Part shown: piece by piece, positions 15,031-42,430 of the stretch
Layout of the letters: every line of letters begins with the position of its first letter
Position numbering within the stretch: position 1 is the stretch's first letter
Assembly: GCF_009914755.1 (NCBI RefSeq)
Contig: NC_060932.1
Source of the DNA: the human T2T-CHM13v2.0 reference genome, Homo sapiens
DNA: 64,000 nt
Direction: 5' to 3' (one strand)
Notes under the pieces: model-generated
Databases searched by the model: none
What the model saw: the letters and a program-made list of their open reading frames with translations, nothing else
Told to the model about the DNA's origin: nothing
Translations under genes and position numbers: made by a program

Positions 15031-17036
15031 ATTAGTATTAGTATTATTAGACTTAAGCTCCTTGATGACATGATAGCATATCATCATTTTATCATCCTCA
15101 CCATCTCTTGCACAGGGTGTGGCACTAGCGAGAGCTTAACATGCATTTGATAAATGAAAAAAAGAAAGGATAAACGAAGGAAGGACCAAACAAGTCTCAT
15201 ATTTTTCAGAGAAAAGGGGGACCCAGGTTAAGCAAGGGGACTTGGGGTGCTGTACAGGCAGGTCAGGTGTATTTTGGCCCAGAAGGGCTGCTGGTGCACC
15301 CGTGCCACCTTCGCCCTCCACACCCCCAGCACCCCACCTTGCAGGCCTGCAGCTGGGAGGCAGCCTGCAGGCAGGACATCTTGGCTGGACCTTGGACTTG
15401 ATACCTCCTAGTCCCCGGCTCTCTGGGCCTCAGTTCTGCATCTGTGAAGGGGCGGCCGCTGTGAGGCTTTGCAGAGGTGGCAGCGCGTCAGTCCACTCTA
15501 GGGAGACTCTCCCCTCCAGCCAGGCTTCCACCAGCAGCCCAGGCTCCCAGGGGGCTCTCTGTTGGCACCTCCCAGAAGGAGGAGGAAGAGGGTGGGTTGG
15601 GAGGAAGATCATGTGACCTAGAGTGAATGTTTCCAGGCAAGTGGTAAGCCACAGACAACCAGAAGGTTGAGGCGTGTGTTTAGTGGCTTTTGAGGCACCC
15701 TGAACCGTGTGTCCAATGGGCAGTACAGCAGCAGCCTGTGGCCCCCGCCGCTCAACCCAGGCCCCCGCATCCCAGGCCATCTGGGGTCCAGCCTGTTCCA
15801 CAGAAGGCTTCTAGCTCAGCATCGGCTTCTTGCCTCTCCAGTCCCTGCATCAGCTGCCTATGGTCTGGCCTGCTTGCCTGCCTCCCCCGACCTCAATTCA
15901 TGCCTTGTGGAGGGGTCAGAGGCTGTGTCGGGGGGAATAGCCATGTCCTGCAGCGCAGTGCTTTGGCTGTGACAAGTCAGACTGGACACTTGGTTTTCTC
16001 CACCCAAGTCCTTTCCCTCTTCTTAGCTTAAAATTTGTCACTCTGGGAGGGGGTGGGATTCCCGTGGGTGAGCTCAGAGGTAGCTGCTAACTTGGGCTGA
16101 TGGGAGCCTGAGAGAGGGCTGTGGGTCCGGAGAAGGCCAAAGCAATGCAGCTGCCCTGTGGGCTTCTCATCACTGTCAGCACCTCAGGAAACTTCTGGCC
16201 GGCTTTCCCTGCCCTCGTCCATCCAGGGCCCATCCAGCCTTGTATACTTCCCACCAGGGTCCCTGGGGTCCTGGCCGTCCCAGCCTGCTAATCTGTGAGC
16301 TGTACAAGCCAGGGCCATGTGCATTTATTTTTACAGAAATCTCTGCTCAGGAAGTGAGGAAAGGATAGGACAGATAAACAAAAGGGAGGAGGAGAAGTGA
16401 GGAGGAAAGAAGGAGAAAAGAGGGGTCTGTGAAGATGGGCTGGAGGGTCTTTGATGGATGAATGAGTCTGGTGGAAAACACAGAGCCCTGGACAGTTGAG
16501 GGCATTCTCTTCTTTCAACTAGAAAAAGTCAGGGCCAGAGACCCCTCAGGTATCATCCAGGCCAATGACCTGTTTTCTTGAAGAACCCATGGGGACAGGA
16601 ACTCAGCTCCTGACTCCACTCCACGGCTTTTACACCATTCTCTGACTTGCATTGTCATTTGGGGGTCTGTGTACCAAGAAGGCAGAGGGTAAGGGGGATG
16701 GCTGGGCAGGGTCCAGCCTGGAACTCTGCAAGAGGAGCTCAGAGCACAGGTGAGAACCACAGCCCTTCCCAGGTGGCCCCTGGCAATCCTCCAACCTGGG
16801 TCAAAAGCAGCTACGACCCTAAATTCATGCTTAGTTACTGACATCCAGCAATGCCTAAGGGAAGGGTCAAAGTTCAGTATTAGCTGACCTTGATAAGAAC
16901 ACTGAGTCTTCCAAGTGTTTACTACACAGATCCTGTACCCCTAGTCAGACAGCCTAATTGAAACCAGCCTCATTGCAATGTGATCATGTTTTTAAGCAGC
17001 CTGTTCTGTTCCACGCACTCCTTTATCTGGAAGCAG

Positions 17037-17149
17037 TAAACAAGAATATGCACGCGCAGTGGACCACTTCTGAAGGTCAACATATAACTTTCTCATCCCT
17101 GACATCAACTGTCATCCCTGTGAGCAGAACCAACTACCAAAGGAGAGAG
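17037..17149 (+). other. RHOBTB2: Candidate non-coding 5'UTR exon of the long RHOBTB2 isoform
   Basis: Acceptor ctcctttatctggaagcag| and donor GAG|gtgggt; alternative boundaries (17000, 17119) also possible. Confidence 0.35.
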
Positions 17150-18032
17150 GTGGGTCAGAGGAGAAGAGATGGGGGGGCTCCTGGACACACATCTCCCCTG
17201 CCCCCTCTAAATACTGCAGCCACATAGAAACCCATGGGGAACAGTTGGGGCTTTTTATAATCTTTATTTGTTAACAGTTCAGGCTATTTTTTTTCCATGC
17301 TGCAAGAGATGCTAATGCCTCATGAAAAAGTTGTGAAAAAAAACCAAGTTTATTTTGGGGTGATCAGCCTCCTCAGAGCTTCTCACTCCCAGCTCTGCAG
17401 GGCTTAAGGAATGGGACCTGCCCTCTCTCAGGAGGTCTGCAGCTTGGTCAAGGAGAAGGAGTCTTAGACCTGGAAGCCCTGGCTATAATTTGCATTTTTG
17501 TCTCCCTCTTGTACCCTCTCTGCCTAGAAAACAGGGTGGAAATCACAGGATCTAGCTTCTTTCTGCTGCAGACCTGCTTGATGGTGGCTTCCAGGCCCTG
17601 TCCTGAGATATCACCATCCCAGGGGACTTAGAGTGGATCAACAATCATTGATATATATCATGCATTTCCTTTGCATGCAGTGTTTCACGTCATTAAGGGT
17701 GGTAATTGGAGCTCTTGAAAGACACAAACCATGCCCCAATTTCTTTACTGAAGTCGGAGATGTTTCAGAGATGCAATAAATGTTTCATGGAGGCCTTGGC
17801 CAGCTGTGACTTCCTGGGAGGCAGGGCCAGGGTAGGGAGGACTGGGGGAATGGGCACAGGGGTCTGCATGCCCACACCTCTGCCAGCAGGGACTAGGCGT
17901 AGCCTGGCCAGACCAGACTGGAAGTGGATTCTTCAGGTCCCACTTGGAGCAGCTCTGCCAGCTGCACGATGTGGCTGTAGAATGGCTGCAAGAGGCTGGC
18001 CAGCCGGGAGGACCCCACTGTCAGAACTCTGA

Positions 18033-18308
<276 letters not shown>

Positions 18309-19529
18309 TGATCTTGGGGGATTAGGCCCTTACTCTCCGTGCTGTCTGCCCTCCACACACGGCCCAGATGGCAGAGGCACAAATGGGAGGTGGCTCCCCC
18401 TTTACCCAGGGCATGGGGCTTATGTCTGTGAGGGGGAGCAGGCACAAGTGGAGAAGGAGTTAGAAGGGTGTCAGTGCTGGAAGGGACAGGAAGAAGGCCA
18501 TGTAGCCACCCCTGTCTTCAGGTAAGGGATAATGTGATCTCCCCAAAGGGAGACCAGAGAGATTAAGGTTCTTGCTCAAAGTCACACAGCCACTTCCAAG
18601 GTTGGCACCGAGTTCATTGGTTGCTCCTCTGCGTTGGTTTCTTTTCACTCCTGGGAGCTTCCTCTTCTCTTGGCTTCTCTGGCTTCCCTGCCCCTGAAGG
18701 GTTGTCACAGAAGTGCCCTTCCATCCTCCCTGAACCACACAGTGCCAATAACCTCCAGAGCTGTCTGCCTGGCATCTCTAACCTCTTCCCTGATCACTTC
18801 CAATCTCTCCTGAAATTCTAGACTTTTCTTTGGCTAAACTGGTCCCAAGACTGTGACTGACCATTTAAAGAAACTGAAGGTGGGGACGTTGCAGAATTAG
18901 ATTCTCTTTCTGTCTCTTACCATGTGTTTAATCCTCACTCTCTCTCCAAAAAATACCTCCTCCTTCCATTCTCAGCCATGCTGGCCATCAGCTGGTCTTT
19001 TTCTGAGTCTCAATTTGGGTCAGGAGATGTTTCAATGAAAAGAATGACCAAGAAAATATAGACCTTCCATGCTGGGCACGCACAGAGGATATCAGGGCCA
19101 GAATGAGTCTTGGAGGTCACCTGACCTGGCCCTTGTCCATGAGAAAGTGAGGCCCAGAGAGGGAAGGATATTGTCCAGTGTCAAGCAGCTTTGTGCAGGC
19201 AGAATCCAGGCCTCCGATGCATGACTGACCGCTCTTTTCCAAATCGCCAAACCAGCTCAGTATCCACAAATGCCTGAGGCACATGATGCACCAGGACCCC
19301 AGTTTCGGCCTCTCATCTAGTCCCTTGACTCCCTGGGTGGCCTTGGTCTTGGCCCCCAGGCTGGGGTCTCACCCCGCGCTGGACCCGGACATCAGGGGCC
19401 GCTCTCTTGTCCTGAGTAGGGCCCTCTATCTGGGCTGAGCGACCTTGGAGTAATTCGCGGTGTGCTCATTCCCTTTCTCCCCTCTGTCTCCCCTGCCCCG
19501 CCCCATCCACTCCTGTTCCTCACAACCAG

Positions 19530-19608
19530 GAGCCTGGAGGGAACACAGAGCGATGCAAGCCTGGAGAAAAGGCCCCGATGGCCCCCAGAAGACCTCTTCA
19601 GACAGCAT
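19530..19608 (+). CDS. RHOBTB2: RHOBTB2 alternative upstream exon; ATG 19553 gives a 22-aa extension [22 protein letters not shown] (749-aa isoform)
   Basis: Acceptor caaccag|G; donor AT|gtgagt joins in frame to G TCC CGT TTA ATG at 29378; matches the long-isoform N-terminus as I recall it. Confidence 0.88.
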
Positions 19609-19720
19609 GTGAGTAGCTACTGTGTACTGTGCTCTCCCTTCCCAAACATTGATTCATCCATCGAGCATTTATTAAGCAACTCCCAAATTGTTTGTTGAAG
19701 CACTAGACTGCAAGCACTAG

Positions 19721-20201
<481 letters not shown>

Positions 20202-20840
20202 TGAACAAGCATTATAGTGTTGCTTCCTGGCCTGTGAGCAGGAACCTTGTCTGAGGAAAGAGAAATCTGCATCCTGGCTCTTACGAAAGCTCCCCTGCCG
20301 GTCCCAGGGAGTTCTCAGTACAATCAAGGACAGAGAAGAACCCAATGATAGATTGGTGTGATTGGTATTATTAGGGGAGCACAGGGGAAGAACAGGAAAG
20401 TTACACTTTGTCAAGTGTAAGAAAGTATTCATGGAAGGCTTGCTGGAGGAAGTGATATCTAGGCTGAGACTTGAAAGATGAGTACACATTTATCTGGTGA
20501 AAGGAGTAGAAATAGAGTGTTCGGACTGAAGAACTGCTTGTGCAAAGTCCCAGAAGCTTCCTGTATCCTTGTGGGGACCTGATGGTGTCCCTTAAGGCCT
20601 GGACAGGGAGGCTGAGAGACTCTAGGCTTTCCAGATTCAGCTCCTTCACCCTGCTGGGGCTCTGCATCTTGAAATGCCTCTGCTTTTGCTCATGGCTGGT
20701 TCTGAACTTTGCCCCAGCTGCAGGGTAGGAACACCACGTGCCCCAGCCTGCACATGGCAGGGGATGGGGGGCGGAGCTCATGTCACAAGGCCCATGGGGT
20801 GGGCTCCGCAGAGGCTGTAGTGTTCCAGGAGAGGGGTGCC

Positions 20841-20851
20841 ATGAAAGCGCG
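20841..20851 (+). CDS. RHOBTB2: Coding end of an alternative RHOBTB2 first exon: MKAR-SRL extension (734-aa isoform)
   Basis: gccATGAAAGCGCG|gttagt: good Kozak context, donor joins in frame to 29378; 727+7=734. Exon 5' end not determinable. Confidence 0.72.
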
Positions 20852-21464
20852 GTTAGTAGCCTGCAAAGTGTTGAAGGGTAAAGCTGCCTGTGAAGCAAAG
20901 GGAAGGTGCAGGTTGGAGGATGGACTGAGCCAGGCGGTCTGCGTTGGGCTGGCACTGGGAAGGGGCCTTCACAGCCACAGGGAGAGCAACGCTGGTGGGA
21001 CTGGCCGGGGAGCCTGCTGCGCTTTGCTAAGAGCCAGGATGGAGGTTTCTCTTTCCCCAGAAAAGCCTCCTGTTCACAGGCAGGCATCTGCCCGGCTTCA
21101 GGAAAACAGCAGCCGCGTGATGGCCTGGAGGAGGGTGGTGTGGGGAGGCATAGAGGGGGTGCCTTCTGGGGACAGGTTCCAGGGGTTTATGTCACTGGGG
21201 AGGTGGGTCACAAGAGGGATTTGGTGAGGGAAGAGATGCTGGGGTTGGGCAGGGGCAGGAGATTGTAGAATGGAACCTGCCTCCATGCTGCCAGGAAGCC
21301 CTTGGGCTACAGCCACGCAGCCAGGCACATGGCAGGACATTGCCAGACCCACCAGCAGAAGCAGATTTGGGAAGCCAGCAATGGGGGGAGTCAGTGCTCA
21401 GGCTGAACTGCTCCTCGGAATCACACCAGTGTTTCCAAGCTGCAGCAAATGGGCAGAGAGGGCT

Positions 21465-21465
<1 letters not shown>

Positions 21466-21516
<51 letters not shown>

Positions 21517-21540
21517 TGTGTGTCTGTGTGTCTGTGTATG
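21466..21540. repeat. (TG)n microsatellite: about 25 pure units plus degenerate tail
   Basis: Read directly. Confidence 0.97.
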
Positions 21541-23399
21541 TAACGGAATGGAGGAGGCAGAGAAAGAAAGAGGCCAGGAGCTTTTGTCTCCCACCCAGGC
21601 CTGCCTTGAGAAGTCACCTGAATAGAGGAAAATGGACTCCTCAGGGCCTGGGGTGGGAGGGCGCAGTGAAGGGAGTGGGAGGCTTCCTGTGCTGTGAGAC
21701 GCTGCTGCCTGCCGGGTGCTAACAGCTGGGGACAGGGATGGGCATGAGAAGGCCCAACAGCACCTTGCTTGCTGGTGGGGAAGCCTGGCCTCTGGGAGTG
21801 GCCCTGTTTTCCAGGATCTGGCATTGGAGAGATGGGCAAAGATGAAGGGACGTGCCAGATCCTCAGCTGGGGTACCAGGGGCTGGAGGCTGTCTTGAATA
21901 GCAGAGTGGGGGTCCCGGGGCAGTCCTGGCCAGGGCTGGCTGGGAAGAGGCCTGGTTTTAGCCACAACTGGGGCACAGGCCGGCGGCTGCAGCTTGCTAG
22001 TGGTCTGCCCCTCATACAGCGTGGGGAATGCTGCCATCTGAGCTGTGAGTAGTGAACCGCTGGAGCTCCTCGCAGGCTGGCCTGAGGAGGAGGTCTGCAG
22101 AGGTCCCCAGACGGCCTAGGGTGGGACATGGATGGGGCGGCTTGACAGTGACAAGGGGCTGCAGAGGATGGGCTGGGGGGCACTGGTAGGAGAAGGTGGG
22201 GACTTGGAGGAACTCTGATAAGAGGGAACTGATTGGGGCGCCAACCATGACAGCCCTAGAGGTGAAATGATGGGGAAGGACTTTGATTTGGAGAAAGGCT
22301 GAAAGAGGGAACTGCATGCAAAAAGCAGGGCTGGGAATTGAGGGAACCTCCCCAGCAAAGCTCCTGCCTCTGCCTGAAACAGTTCACTGAGTGTGAGCGG
22401 GGCGGGGCGGGGGCTGTGGGGGTGCAATTTCATTTGACACCCACATTTTTGTCCAAGACCCTTCCACCCCAATCAACACTACACCTTGGAATTCACACAG
22501 TCCAGCCTGGTTGAGGCTTCCAGGCTGAGCTGGCTTTTTCTCCCAAGGCAGAAAGGGCATTGGCTCTAGCTTACAGGCCGAGCAGCCACCCTCTCCTGCT
22601 TCATGACTTTGGGTGGACGGGAGTTCTGTCTTCCTACTCCTTGCTCCACAGGGGCTATGGTCCTGCCAGGACAGGTGAAAGGTGATGTCAACTGGCATCT
22701 GGCATTCAGCTGGTCTCTGGAGGTGGGTGGAGGGAACAGGGTGTCCGTGGGAGAGACCCTGGCCTGCCGTGGGAATCATGCAGAGATCTCAAGTTATGAT
22801 TTTCTCTGGCGCAGGGGCTCTTTGGCACACAGAAGATGGGGTAAGTCTCTTCAATGCCAAACATGTGGAGGAAGAACATGTGTGAGCATGGTTTACTTTC
22901 TCTCCTAAATATGTATTCAAATAAGTACTTTCTGGTTTATGGAGGGTGAGTTCTAACCAGAAATGAGAAGTAAGTAGCACTGTCAGTCATTGTTAACCTC
23001 TTGGCTAGCTCTGAGTAGATTGAGAAAGGGGTGGGAGAAGCATCCTCCAACAACCGAGCACTTCCTGTACATTGACCAGGTAGGTAGGCACGTTGATCAC
23101 AAACACCTTGAGGGACAGCTTCCAAGTATATGCATTCACAGATGAGAAGCATGCTTCAGACAACACAAAATTCATTTTTAACCCGGCTTTCTTTTGGCAG
23201 TAAATTTCTCTTCCTAATCATATTTTGCATAAACTAATATTAGAGTGGATTTGCATTTTCAGAGCACAAGATGGAGGAGTGGTGGAGGCGGTTCAGGTGG
23301 GTGGCAGGCTGGTCTGGGCTTTAAAAATTGTCCAGAGGTAACTGAGGAGATGAATCAAACCAGACTGAGCTGACTACTTAACACTAGCAGTCAAGATCA

Positions 23400-23757
<358 letters not shown>

Positions 23758-24069
23758 TTATAGATGTTATACCTTAGAATCTCTCTATTTTACAGAGGGG
23801 TAAATTGAGGCAGAAAACCCAAAGAAGGCTTAGGGACGATTTTCGAGGCTACTCACTTCATGGTGTTTCTTTCAGAGATTAGCAGCTATTACTGAACTCC
23901 AGGAGGCAACAGGAGGGGGATGGGATGGAGGTGGGGACCCGCTGAAGAAGGCCTAGGTGGGAGACAGGTAACGTGGTACAGGTACCCACCCCACAACTCA
24001 TTAAGGGCCATGGAGGGAGGAAGGCTCTCAAGTGCCACGAAAATTCCCAAAGCAGCAGAGGGCTTGTAT

Positions 24070-25230
24070 GGAAACGCCGGTTATTCGTCCCTACCCGGCC
24101 CCCGCCCCCCGCCCCCCCGACTGCCCCTGCCGTCGCCTCCCCGTGGGCAAGTGGTGGGGGCCTGGGCTTACAACCACACGTTCTCCTCCAACTAGCATCC
24201 CTTCCAGGGTGCACTAGGATGCCTCTCAGAGGTTCTCCCCCGCCTCCCGAAGGAAAGGGGAAAACCCCGTGGACGTCCGGAGAGCCTTTGCGCCTCGCCA
24301 GGTGGAGGGACCGGCGCCACCCAGACCCGCGAGCCGAGACCCTCCCCGCGGCGTCGCTGCGGGAGGGGCGGAAGAGCGCGGGCGGTGGGCGGGAGCGGTG
24401 CTGCGAGGCGGGATCTGCGGGGCGTCCAATCCCCTTCTTCCCCCGCCCGCCCCCTCCCCGCCCCCCGAACGCTTTCCACCAACTGCGCGCGGCAGTGGGC
24501 GGGGCCCGTCACGGCTGTCGTCTTGGGTGCGATTTTTTTCTCCTCCTTTTTTTACCCTCCCGTTTTTTTCTTTTCTTTTTTTTTTCCCTATCCTTTTTTT
24601 GTGAATGAAAAAAGGAGGTCGCGAGCGGTACCTGGGACTGCAGCGCCAGGCGTCTTCGCGGCAGCGCCTTCGCCGCGGGCCCGGGCGCGTAGCGGCGGCG
24701 GCCTCGCCCCTCTCCCGGCGCCCCTGCGCGCCGCCCGCTGCCTCCGCAGCCCGGCTCCGCGCGCCGCCGTGACATTGGGCGCCTGGCGCGCGGGGCGATG
24801 CTGATCCGGAAGGGGCAGCGGCTGCAGTGCAGCGCGCGCGTCCGCTCCTGGGCCCACGTCCGGCCTGGGCTGCCCTGCCGGAGTTTCTGAGTGGCCGCGA
24901 GCTGGCCGGGAGGCTGGAGCCCAGCAGCAGCGCGGCGGCGCCGGCGTCGTCCCAACTTGCAGGCGCGGAGGGACCCCTGACATTTCACTAAAATGAGCGT
25001 GCTCAGCAGGAAGAGATGTGTTCCTCACGCTAGAAGCCACCCCGTCACATGTAGTGGTGTAAGTAGATGGCTGCTTGCGGTTATGGCGGGGTGGCCAGCA
25101 GCCCTTGCAGACGCGCCGCTCCGCCCTCCCTGCCCTGCCGCGCCCCTCGCTACGTTCCCCGGGCCCCGCTAGTCCCTGGGCTCTGGCTTCGGCTGCTGGG
25201 TACAGCGGGGCTGGAGCCTAATCCTTTCCG
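24070..25230. promoter_or_regulatory. CpG island / main RHOBTB2 promoter with GC boxes and C-run (minus-strand G4) tracts
   Basis: Very dense CpG and GC content against a CpG-poor background; GGGCGG boxes; C-runs at 24095-24118 and 24430-24466. Confidence 0.9.
24500..25058 (+). other. RHOBTB2: RHOBTB2 non-coding first exon of the CpG-island transcript (5' end approximate)
   Basis: Strong donor GGT|gtaagt at 25059 inside the CpG island. Confidence 0.7.
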
Positions 25231-26298
25231 GTGTTTCTAGGGAAAGGAAGATGACTTGATTGCTTCGGCCTGTCGTGCCCCTCCCCCTTCTCGATGTTTA
25301 AAAATTTTTAAATTTCTATTTTGTGTGTGTGCAGAGTAGCGTGTCAGAAAAAAGGAAAAACGGTCCAGAGTGGTGGGAGTGATTCTGTTAAGAAAACAAA
25401 CACAAAACAACAGTGGAATTGGGGTGTTTTGCTGGCGGTTCCGGAGCTGGTTCTTTGAACTCAACTCCATTGCAGTCTATGTAACTGAGTTCTGTGAAAC
25501 TACTGGGGAGATCTTTGGCGGTGTTTGGTGATGTGTCCACATTTTAGGTTTGAGGGGGCTTATCTGTGTTTAGGCTTGCATTTCTTTAATCTGACCATTC
25601 AGGGTCCCTTTGGGCCTTGCTTTCTGTTGGATCTGCACGGGGCTTCTTGCAATGCCAGCGACCCCCGTGGGAGCCTCCCCGAATTAGGAGTCCACTCTCT
25701 CTTTGTTCTTCTCCTTCCAATTCTCCATTCAATCCATCTCCCTTGATTTTACCTTCATTTTCAGGATTTTCCTCCCATTCCCATTTTGTAAGATGATGTG
25801 GGATACTGGTTGCTAGGAGACAAGCCAGGCTCCCAGGGAGATTCTGTTGTTTCCTTGACAACCAGACTAGGGCAGCCACAGATGAACAAGCCTCCTATCA
25901 GCTGTGGGAGGGAAAGGGGCCCTTTCTGAGCTCTGCAAAGAGTGTGTGTAGGGGTGTGGGGGTGGGACTGGGAGAGCACGAGGTTTGTAGCTAATTTCAG
26001 CACACCTTGGGTTTTGGCTTGCACCAAGTACAAAGAGCTGGGAGAGCGGTGGGCAGGAGGCTGTTTTTGGAGGGGCACAGGGATCATGGGACAGGGATGG
26101 AAGGAACACATGCCAGTGACTTTGCGATTGTCATGGAAGAGGAGTGAGTTGGGGGTTGTGATGCCCAGGGCTGGGTGGTGAGGAGGTCATAGTTTATGGA
26201 GGTTGATTGAGTGGGGATGAGGCAATTGTGAGGGAGAGTCTGGAGTCAGGGAAGAAGAGAGAGCCGGAGGGAGAGGGGAAGCTGAGAGGCTCACTGAA

Positions 26299-26357
26299 TG
26301 GGCTGTATCACCATATATCAGCAATGAGTGGGCTGTATCACCATACATCAGCAATGA
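26299..26357. repeat. Tandem duplication, 2 x 30 bp
   Basis: tgggctgtatcaccata(t/c)atcagcaatga twice. Confidence 0.92.
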
Positions 26358-27362
26358 TACAACATCAGCAACATCCTAGGGCAAAAATTATATTACTCTT
26401 GGCACACTCTCTCCAGGACAGGATCCTCCTTTAAGACAGGCCTGATTAGACTAAGAGTTCTAACACTTGAATTGGGCCAGTCTGTATCTTAAAGACAGAT
26501 ATAATTACACATATAGATATGCAATCTAGCATTATATAATACCACATTACATAAGAAGACAAATACCTCCTTTCAGCCCAGCCTCTCTTGGCACAAATTA
26601 ACCACGGTTCAGGAGACTCTTCCAATGTCTTCATACCCATTTCCCAGAGGGGGAGACTGATGCCCAGAAAATATAAGTGACTTGCCTCTTCCTAGATAGG
26701 ACAGTGAAGTTTGCCAGTCAGGCAGTTGGGACAGGGTAGAAAGGGTAAGATGATACAAACAGAGAGGCAGCTGAAGGACAAGGGGACTGCTGAAGGGGCT
26801 GGGGAATGGATGGAAGGGGTTGCGCAACCCAGAAGGTCTGATGTCTAAACTCATGGCACAGTATTTGTCAATTTCCACTTGTTGATTGGCTGACCACTGC
26901 TTAACTCTAGAGGTGACATAGCACAGGTGGGCAGCAGTGTTTTCATCACAAAGTAGCTGAACTTGGCCCAGCACTGCTCTGCTGGTGTTCTGGCATTATT
27001 CTCACTGTCAAGGTGCTCCTGAATTTGAGAACTGGCATCCCTCCATTAGGCCTCCTCATTCCCCCGCTTCTGTCTACAGACCTACATGCTGGGAGAATCG
27101 GAACTTGAGAAAGAAGTTCTTTTGGCTCTTGGGTTTTAATCTTTATCCTCCAGCTGCACATATTTTGTATTTGGGATTATATCTGTTTTGGTATTCACTC
27201 GACAAAACAGAAACCACAGCCCAGATGCTGCCTCCTGACGCCAGCACATTCCTCAACTTGAGATCAGGAACTGTCAAAGTGGGGTTCCCGGTCCTCAGTT
27301 CAGGAGAGAGAATTGGGAGGAGGAAGCCTGTGGTTAGAATAACAGTTCTTAACAGTTCTCTG

Positions 27363-27665
<303 letters not shown>

Positions 27666-29297
27666 CGGTTGTCTGCTGAGGGAGGGTTAGGAGAGAGAAG
27701 GGGTGGTACAGTTGCCCTGGAGACCACGAGGGCACTGCATGGAGACCTCGTTGAAGGGTCCAGATCCTGTAACATTCCAAAAAGGCGGAGGAGGTTGTCT
27801 CATTGAGAAGTCCTTGCTGCACTTTTTGCTTAGGTTGCTGAGATGCATCCACTCGCACGGATCCCAGTTGCTATCGTTACTTGGATATTTCGGTCTGCAT
27901 CCCTGCATGCTGGCATCCAGTTACAGCCCAGCAGGAATGGAGCCTCCCTGTTGTTGCTGGTGGCCTGGCTCTGGGCTGGATGGCTCAGCAGCCAGGGTGC
28001 CTGGGCAGCCTCCAGCACTCAGAGCTCAGCCTTCCTTAGCCTAGGAGGGATGACTCCGGGCTGCTAAAGCCCCCCCAGACGACTTTCATACACACAGGAA
28101 TGTGAGTGGGGCGGGCAGATGACGCTGGCGAAACCAAGCGTCCTAATCACGCTGGCCCTGCCCCTGCTCCCTAATCCCAGGAGGGTGGATGCCGAGGCCA
28201 GGGCCTCCTGGCGACAGATTTTTAAACACGAACATGACATCTGACTACAGAAGTGCCTTCTGTTTGTTCATTCAAGCCATCCCTCTCTGGGGGTGGACAA
28301 GCCACTTCCTCTCTGCTCAACATCGAAGGCAACTGAGGCAAGCATTTGCCCAGAAATTCAGGCTCAAATTTCTGATCTTTTGCTTTCTGGCAATCCCATC
28401 GCCCATGTAGCCAGTTTAGTGAACATCACCTAGGAGTGCCAGCTGCCTGGGATCTTCAGCCTGAGGATCATCCTCCCTAGGAATGGGAAGGGCAGAAGAG
28501 GGTGGAGGTGGATCTCACTCTCTGACGCTGGGGGCAGGGTGCTGGGAGGACAGCCCCCCGTAGGGGAAGTAGAGGCCCATTGGCCACTGACTGTATCATC
28601 ATAGGCCTGTGGTTCCCCTCACCCGCATCTGAAAGCTGGACCTGTAGCTGAGCATGACACATGGGCAACAGGACAGACCCCAAGTAGAGAAAGGGAGGCC
28701 CCTGGGCTGGTCAGGTGCATCCAGGAACCTCCCCATCCTAGAGAGGCTGGGAGGAAAAACTCTTGCATCTCCATAAAGGGGACTGGGGTCTGGGGTTGAA
28801 GCATGCACTTAGGCAGGCTAGGGCTTGGAAATCCACCACCACCAGAGAGGGCAAGGGAAAGAGTGGAGGCCAGGAGAGCTGCTGCCCAGTTCTGACAAGT
28901 CCATTAAATTTTAAAGTGCCCTGCCCTCAGGCATGCTGGGAAGGGGTGGGGACGTGGCCGACTCTGCTTCTCTCAGCTGTTTGTTGTTCTGCTGCCACTG
29001 CTCTGCCGGGGAAGGAGGAGGAGAGCAGATGAGTGAGCTGCCCTCTCTGGAGAGGGGACAGGGCAGGGCCTCGGCAAGCTCCACTGGTGATCTCGCGTAG
29101 GTCTCCTTCATCCAGACGCACAGCTGGAGGATCGTGGGAGCAGGAAGGGGACAGGTGGCCCATCTGGTGACACTGCTCCTCTCAGCCTGAATGGGCTCCT
29201 GGCCCCTTGGACCCTCGCAGAGCTCTTGCCCAGAACGTTGCCCACTCCTTCCTCCTCCTGTCAGCTCCGGGGCTTGCAGAGGGGGCAGCCTGGCTGA

Positions 29298-42430
<13,133 letters not shown>

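Noticed and set aside
20401-22037. 228-aa and 281-aa minus-strand ORFs
   Set aside because: GC-rich low-complexity translations, one running through the (CA)n repeat; expected by chance.
23973-25040. Several 100-210 aa ORFs over the CpG island
   Set aside because: Stop-poor GC-rich sequence giving Pro/Arg/Ala/Gly-rich translations; only the AUG uORFs were kept.
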